NCBI GenBank assembly: GCA_963575745.1
Contig: CAUYUJ010000264.1
Span: 62,001-116,088 of the forward strand
DNA length: 54,088 bases
Direction: 5' to 3'
Source of the DNA: Prorocentrum cordatum
Lineage: Eukaryota
Made by a program: the position numbers and the translations under genes
Notes under the pieces: generated by a model
What the model was told of the DNA's origin: nothing
The model's input: the letters and a program-made list of their open reading frames with translations, nothing else
Database searches by the model: none
In this document: piece by piece, positions 48,383 through 54,088 of the stretch
How the letters are laid out: every line of letters begins with the position of its first letter
Numbering within the stretch: position 1 is the first letter of the stretch

Positions 48383-51150
48383 ATGGGAAGCCAGGGTGGG
48401 CCTGACAGCTGGGATCTTGAGGCCATGCTATTCGACATCCAGGCATCGGGCGCTGAAGCGCCCCAGTCAGGCGATTCAGATTTCAAGCCTGAGGTCATTC
48501 CACCTTCGCCAGAGGCAGCGCCCCGCCAGCGCTCACAGTCGCCAGGGCCTGGTTCCGCGAGATCCAGGTCGAGATCCAGGTCCAGGTCGAGCGGCAGGTC
48601 GCATGGGGCACCATCATCATTATTGAGCAAGGCCACAGATAGGTTTGTCAGGGCAGGTTCTGAGTGCGGTTTCGAGCAGGGCCCAGACGCCAGCAGGGAA
48701 GCGCACGGATCAGATTGGCATGCAGTTTCCAGTCCTGGTGGGTCGCCCCAGGCGTTGCATCCTCAGGCGAGCCCCAGTCACAGTCCCAGCCTCAGCCTTT
48801 CAGGACTTATGCCGGAGAAGTCGCCATCTGCGGGAGGGGGCAGGTCGAGGTCGAGGTCGAGGTCGCCGGCTGCAAGTGGTGCTGGCAGCGTCAGCAGTTG
48901 CCCCCGCAGCGCGGCGGCAGCGCCGCCTCACGGTAAGATGCCAGCGGCTTGGCTTCGCAGCCACCCGCCAATTCCAAGTCCTCGCGGCGCTGAGTGGTGG
49001 ATGCAACCTATAATTGTGGCAATGGAGTCAGACCGGGCGAGATTGCCACTGAGGCCTATCAAGCCAATGATCCACGAAAGTTGTTGCTCAGGGACCGGCG
49101 CAGAGTGCGCAGTGTTCAAGGCTTTCATGATGGACACCACCACGCAGAGCTTCAATGATACAAAACCTCTGGCGCGTCGTTTCTTGAAGCAGGTGTTCAG
49201 GGCAGACTTGCAGGACGGGCATCTGTACCAGAGCATGGCAGACGCAACGAACCCAGAGTATTCTACTTGCGAGGCCCATGGCATTTGCTGCCCACCTCGC
49301 CAGAGGCCGCACATGACAACTGTGGGCCTTCCATGCCAGCCATTCTCCAACTACTTCAACAGCCAGTCGGGCATTAGGCCCGAGCAGCACGGCAAATTCA
49401 GTACTGTCTTCGAGGATTGGTTTTCTCATCTTCGCAACGATAGACCGCACGCCTTTTGCGTGGAGGAGATTGAGGAGTTCAGGACGAGGAAGACAAAGGC
49501 CGGCCAGACTGGCGGCCAGAGCTACTTGGAGTGTTTCTGCCAGATGTGCGCGGACTTGGGCTACAGCATCCAAGTGTTCCTCATGGGCGCTTCCGTTTGG
49601 AGCGAGATGGATCGCAAGAGGCCCGCCGCTCCCCAATCGGGATCGAACGTAGTTCGGACAACCTCACTGACCCCCATCCAGTAAAAAATCGTCGTTGGCC
49701 ATTCCGGAGGCCATGGCCATATGCCAAAGCCATAGCAGCTATAGCAGCTATAAGCATAGCCGTTTAGCCGCTAGCCGCTAGCCGCCGCTAGCCGCTAGCC
49801 GCTGCTGCCTCGGTTCTTTTTTTTTTTTTTTTTTTTCTTTTTCTCTCTTTTTTCTCTTTTTCTTTTTTTTTTTTTTTTTTGTATTTTTTCTTTTTTTTTT
49901 CTTGTTTTTTTTTTTTTTCTTTTTTTTTTATTATCTTTTTTTTTTTTTTTTGTTTTTTTTTTTTTTTTTTTTGTTTATTTTTTTATTTTTTTTTTTTTTT
50001 ATTTTTTTTTTTTTTTTTTTTTGTTTGTTTTTTTTTTTTTTTTTTTTATTTTTTTTTTTTTTTTTTTTTTATTTTTTTTTTTATTTTTTTTTTGTTTTTT
50101 TTGTTTTTTTTTTTTGTTTTTGTTTTTTATATTTTTGTTTTTTTTTCTTTTTGTTTTTTTTTTTATTTTTTTTTTTTTTTTTTTTTTTTCTTTTTTTTCT
50201 TTTTGTTTTTTTTTTTATTCTTCTTTTTTTCTTTTTTTTTTTTTTTTTTTTTTTTGTTTTTGTTTTCTTTTTTTTTTTTTTTTTCTTTTTTTTTTTCATT
50301 TTTTTTTCTTTTCTCTAGCCGACTCTAGCCACATGCCAAGGCCTTTCAGGCCTGAGCATGGGCCGTGGTCCTTCAACGCCCAGGAGTCGGTTGAATAGAA
50401 TACGAGTCTCTGAGGTTTGGCTTCTTGAATGAAGTCCCTGGCGGTTCAGAGCTTGCGTGGCCAAGGCCGCCTGATGTTTTTTTTGCCGCTCAGTTGCGGT
50501 TGTTCTCAGATTCGGTCCGCCCCCCCCCCCCCCCTCCCTTGCGATGTTTTCAGCCGCGGGTTTTTGTTTGTGGCTTTCGTTCAGTGTTCAGTTCTATCTC
50601 CTTGATGCCGATGTCCAGCTCAGAGCCCCCCCGCCCGAGACATCAGCACTTGAGACGAGGAGGCAGGCGAGGGGGAGGGGGGGGGGGGCGAGGGCCCGGA
50701 GGAAGAGGATAGGAGGAAGGAGGACAGAGGATAAGCAGGGAGGGAGGGATGAGGGGGGCGGATGAGGAGGGAGAGGCTGGAGGAGGCAGGTGAGCAGGAG
50801 GAGGAGGAAGTGACGTAGGGCCTAGGGGGGCCTGGGGAGTGGCCCGATTGGATATGATGCCAAAACGGAGAGTAAACAGGAAAGAGCAGGACCAGGACCA
50901 GGATTGGTCACCGCCGGCTCCCACCCGCCTCCGCGCAAGGCTGTACATCTTGGGCATAGACGACATGCTGGGCGGCGAGAGGTCGCTGCAGTGGATCTCG
51001 CAGAGGGTCGACAGCATCATCAACCTTCGCACGCTGCAGCCGCCGACCTCCGTGTCCAACATTCTCCCCGCGAGGTTGCGGGAGGAGGACGTTGCAGCCC
51101 GGCAGGACGTTGCTCGCAGCTTTGCGTTCAGGTTTGTTTCTAGATTCTAG
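48383..51150 (+). CDS. C5-cytosine DNA methyltransferase-like protein. Exons 48383-49620 and 50940-~51131/51150
   Basis: Motif I-like HESCCSGTGAE (~49073), motif IV GLPCQPFS (~49325) and motif VI-like FCVEEIEEF (~49455). Motif VIII MDRKR|LYILG is restored by a GC-AG intron at 49621-50939. The N-terminus is Ser/Arg-rich and disordered. Motifs IX/X were not located. Confidence 0.72.
49815..50315. repeat. ~500 bp impure poly(T) tract inside the MTase intron
   Basis: Direct reading. Confidence 0.95.
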
Positions 51151-53379
51151 AGTTTAGAGCACATGCGAAAGTCGAGCCGCCCTCGGAGATAATTGGAGCT
51201 CTGGATTCCTGACCTTGTCCCCCTCCCATGTGATGTCGATCATCCGCCTTGCCCATGTTGGCTCACTGTTCGCGTGCCAGACCTTCCCAGTGAAGCGCGC
51301 CCCCCCCATCCGCGTGGTGTCAGATCCCTCCGCCTTCGCCGTTGGCCCTGTCAGATGGGCGACGGGGTGCGTGTGGCAGGGGTCAGGGTGGGGCCGCATC
51401 TTCATCGCAGTGGCCATCGATGTAGCAGGCGTCGCATGGGTTGTTGAAGGCGTTGAGCATTGAAGGCCCCCCCATTGTCGCCGCCGCACTCACCGTGGCC
51501 CGTGCGTCGTATGTTGGGCTTGCTGCTTGAGAACTCTTGAGCAGCTCGGCGGCCAGGGGCGAGGGGGGCGTGTGGCCCAGGCCCAGGCAACCACCAGGTA
51601 CCAGGTAAGTCTTCTAAGAAGTCTCAGTCGAAAGTAGAAGTAGAGTAGAAGGCGGGGGGGGGCACTTGCGCCAGAAGGTTTCCCGGCTCAAGATGGGAAC
51701 CAGTGCCTCAGTTTTGGCGCGCCCTGGGGCCTGGCAAATCTGGTCATTTCCCAGGGGTGCCCCACCGCGCGCGCACGCAGGGGTGCGGGGGGGAAACGAT
51801 GCAAGAGTAGTGCGTTGGTGTCGTATGTCATATGGCATATGGCATACGGCGTAATGGCGTGATGCCATGGATGTTGGTTAACAGTTAACAAGTAGCTACG
51901 GCTTTCAGCTATCATCCGAATCGTTGCAATCGTTCCCCCCCCCCGTTGATGACACCCCCAGCGAGCTGCAGCAATGGGACACCGAAAGTAGTTATTCCAA
52001 CTCCAGTGCCGCCAGTGCACCATCGACGATCTTCTATGATGAAAATGCGTTTCTGGCCGTCGACAGCGATCATGGGGGACTTTGAACAGGAGATCGGGGC
52101 AATAATATCTCATGATAGGCTTGCGGCCAGCCCGTCCGTCGAGTCTTGCTTGCAGGTCGGAGTCTTTGGGCTGTGGGCATTGGGAGACTCTTGAACCACT
52201 TGGAACATATTATCAGAGCTCCGCATTGGCATGATCTGTCTATCGGGGATGGGTTTCGCAAGAGATGGGGGTGGGGGAGGCGGTGAGAACCTCTCATGGA
52301 GCTCACGGGCCCGCATCGAGCGCCCGCGTGAGGGGTGCGGCCAAGGGGCTGCATGGGACATGCGTGCGAGGGTCTAGAGTCTAGCCTATAGCCTAGGCCT
52401 ATAGTATAGGGCACCGGTGGGCCACATTGTTTGTGCGCGTACAGTCTTGAACACACGCATGGCTTAACTGATAAAGTTTCCCCTGGTATCAAACATCCCG
52501 TTTCGCAGTTTCAATAGCAGCTACCATGCAAACCAGCTGTCTCGCAGAACGACCCCCCAAAACCAAAACGAAACTCACGTCATTTTCCCAGGACATTTGC
52601 CAGTATTAAAGTATTAAAATGTTCAATATATTAATACCTGAATCGCACGCGCAATTATCATCGATGTTTTGAGTCACTCGCGCCGCGTATGTTCAGCACC
52701 TGCACCGCTAGCGCAACTACAGTAACTACAGATTATGATATGCAAGTTGGAAATCATGTTGCGCCAGTTTTTTTTGTAATCTCAACTTTACGTTTCACGC
52801 GTTGTAATTTTAGCGATGTGTTTCCGAACGCGCGTTTTCTGTGGCGGGCTTTTTTGCGCCATGCATCTTATCAGAGTTACATCATGGCATGTAAACATGT
52901 AAACCATAGCAGCTATAGCAGTAGCATGGGAAGGGGCAGCAGCAGGAACTCGATGCTGCCCGCAGGTGCGAGGTGACGGCGCAGCTGCAGGCGCGCTGGC
53001 GCCACCCAGCCGTGCCTATGCCTATGCCAACAGCCGCTCTTTTGTGATTTGTTTCTTGCACATTGTTCGCAACAGCGTGACCCACCAGGGGACCCATCGT
53101 TGAGTCAACGATGGGCGTGGCCCATCGGGTGGGCCACGCCCATTGTTCCTGCTCTCTCTCGCCCTCCGCTGCTGAAGTCTCTGCGTTCACCAGGGAGGCC
53201 AAGACCGTTGGCCTCAGCGCCCATGGCTTGGTGCTGGTGGCTCGCAGAGGCTTTTGGCGGCGCGCCGCAGGGCGCGCAGCCCTGGGGCGCGCCGCAACGC
53301 GCGGCCCCCGGCCGCGCGGCCCCGGGCCGCGCGGCCTGCTGCGCGCCGCGCAGACGACTCGTCCCGGCGAGCCGACCCG

Positions 53380-53675
53380 TTCCGAACATTTTCGGCGGCG
53401 AGCGGTTGCCCCCGAACATTTTTCAAACATTTTTCGAACATTTTCCGATCATGGTTCCGAACATGTTTCGAACATTTTTCGAACATTTTCAAAGGCCCGA
53501 ACATTTTTCGAACATTTTTCGAACATTTTTCGAACATTTTCAAGCAACCGAACATTTTCTCCGAACATTTTCCAGGGTCACGCGCAGCGAGCGAGTAAGT
53601 TGCCCGGGGAGAAACGCGCCGCCGAACATTTCCGGCGAACATTTTCCAGGCCGCGCGCGCCGCCGAACATTTTCT
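53380..53675 (+). repeat. CGAACATTTT(T) short-repeat cluster (subterminal-repeat-like)
   Basis: More than 10 copies of (C)GAACATTTT. The reverse-complement motif ATGTTCG clusters at 28205-28262. Confidence 0.85.
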
Positions 53676-53724
53676 GCGACCGGGCTTGGGGGGCTGTGGC
53701 CTGGGGCACCGGGCCAGCGCCCTG

Positions 53725-54088
53725 GGGCCTGGCCTAGGGCCTAGGGCCTAGGGCCTACGGCCTAAGGCCTTCGGGCCAGGTCTGGGGCCTGGGGCCAAGC
53801 CCCAGGCCCTGCGACCTGGGGCGGCGGGATTAGGCTTGCAGGGCTTCGGCCTAGGGCCTAGGGACGAGGGCTCAGGGCTTGGGACCTAGGACCCAGGGCC
53901 GATAGGGCCTGGGCCAGGGGCCCTTGGGCTCTAGGCCGAGGCCATGGCCTCAGGCCGAGGGCCTAGGCCTGGGGCCTAGGGCCTAAGCCATAGTACATTA
54001 GGGCCTTAGGGCCTAGGCCTAGTGCCTAGTGACTCTAGTGGCCTAGGGCCTAGGACCTACTTAGCTTGGCCTGAGGCCGCCTTGGGCC
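53725..54088. repeat. (GGCCTAG)n-type degenerate repeat (also 42670-42765, 29830-29880)
   Basis: Direct reading. Confidence 0.85.

Noticed and set aside
49879..50398. Phe-rich / Lys-rich ORFs
   Set aside because: These translate an intronic poly(T) tract, which may be a low-quality assembly segment or a retroposed tail.
51150..52400. Missing MTase motifs IX/X (e.g. minus-strand RRWCTGG...FGVP near 51975-52030)
   Set aside because: The only resemblance is on the opposite strand and follows a stop codon. No supportable plus-strand exon was found.

Overview
GC-rich, repeat-dense eukaryotic DNA. It is most likely dinoflagellate nuclear sequence (Prorocentrum-like), inferred from GC-AG introns with AG|G junctions, GGA/CCT and CTCTTGG repeats and the TE protein families. 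No ordinary host gene is recognisable, and most ORFs in the track are low-complexity artefacts. Two large mobile-element-like systems dominate. (1) About 12.7-28.2 kb: a cassette of ~7 co-oriented, apparently intronless minus-strand genes around a CACTA/EnSpm(CMC)-type DDE transposase (15449-17485). The other genes include Zn-finger proteins and one with an AP2-like C-terminus. Every intergenic gap is filled with the palindrome AGCGAT-N4-ATCGCT, and a ~360 bp foldback sits in the middle. (2) About 28.2-53.7 kb: a ~1500-aa hAT-like (D/D/CxxH/RW/E) transposase gene that can be re-spliced from 5 exons across 17 kb, including a 10 kb repeat-filled GC-AG intron. It is followed directly by a co-oriented, spliced C5-cytosine DNA methyltransferase gene, and the block is bracketed by diverged inverted sequences. 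This suggests a methyltransferase-carrying DNA transposon. The left 12 kb holds microsatellites, Helentron-like (HINE-like) non-autonomous inserts and a decayed LINE. All family calls come from motifs read by eye; no database searches were run.
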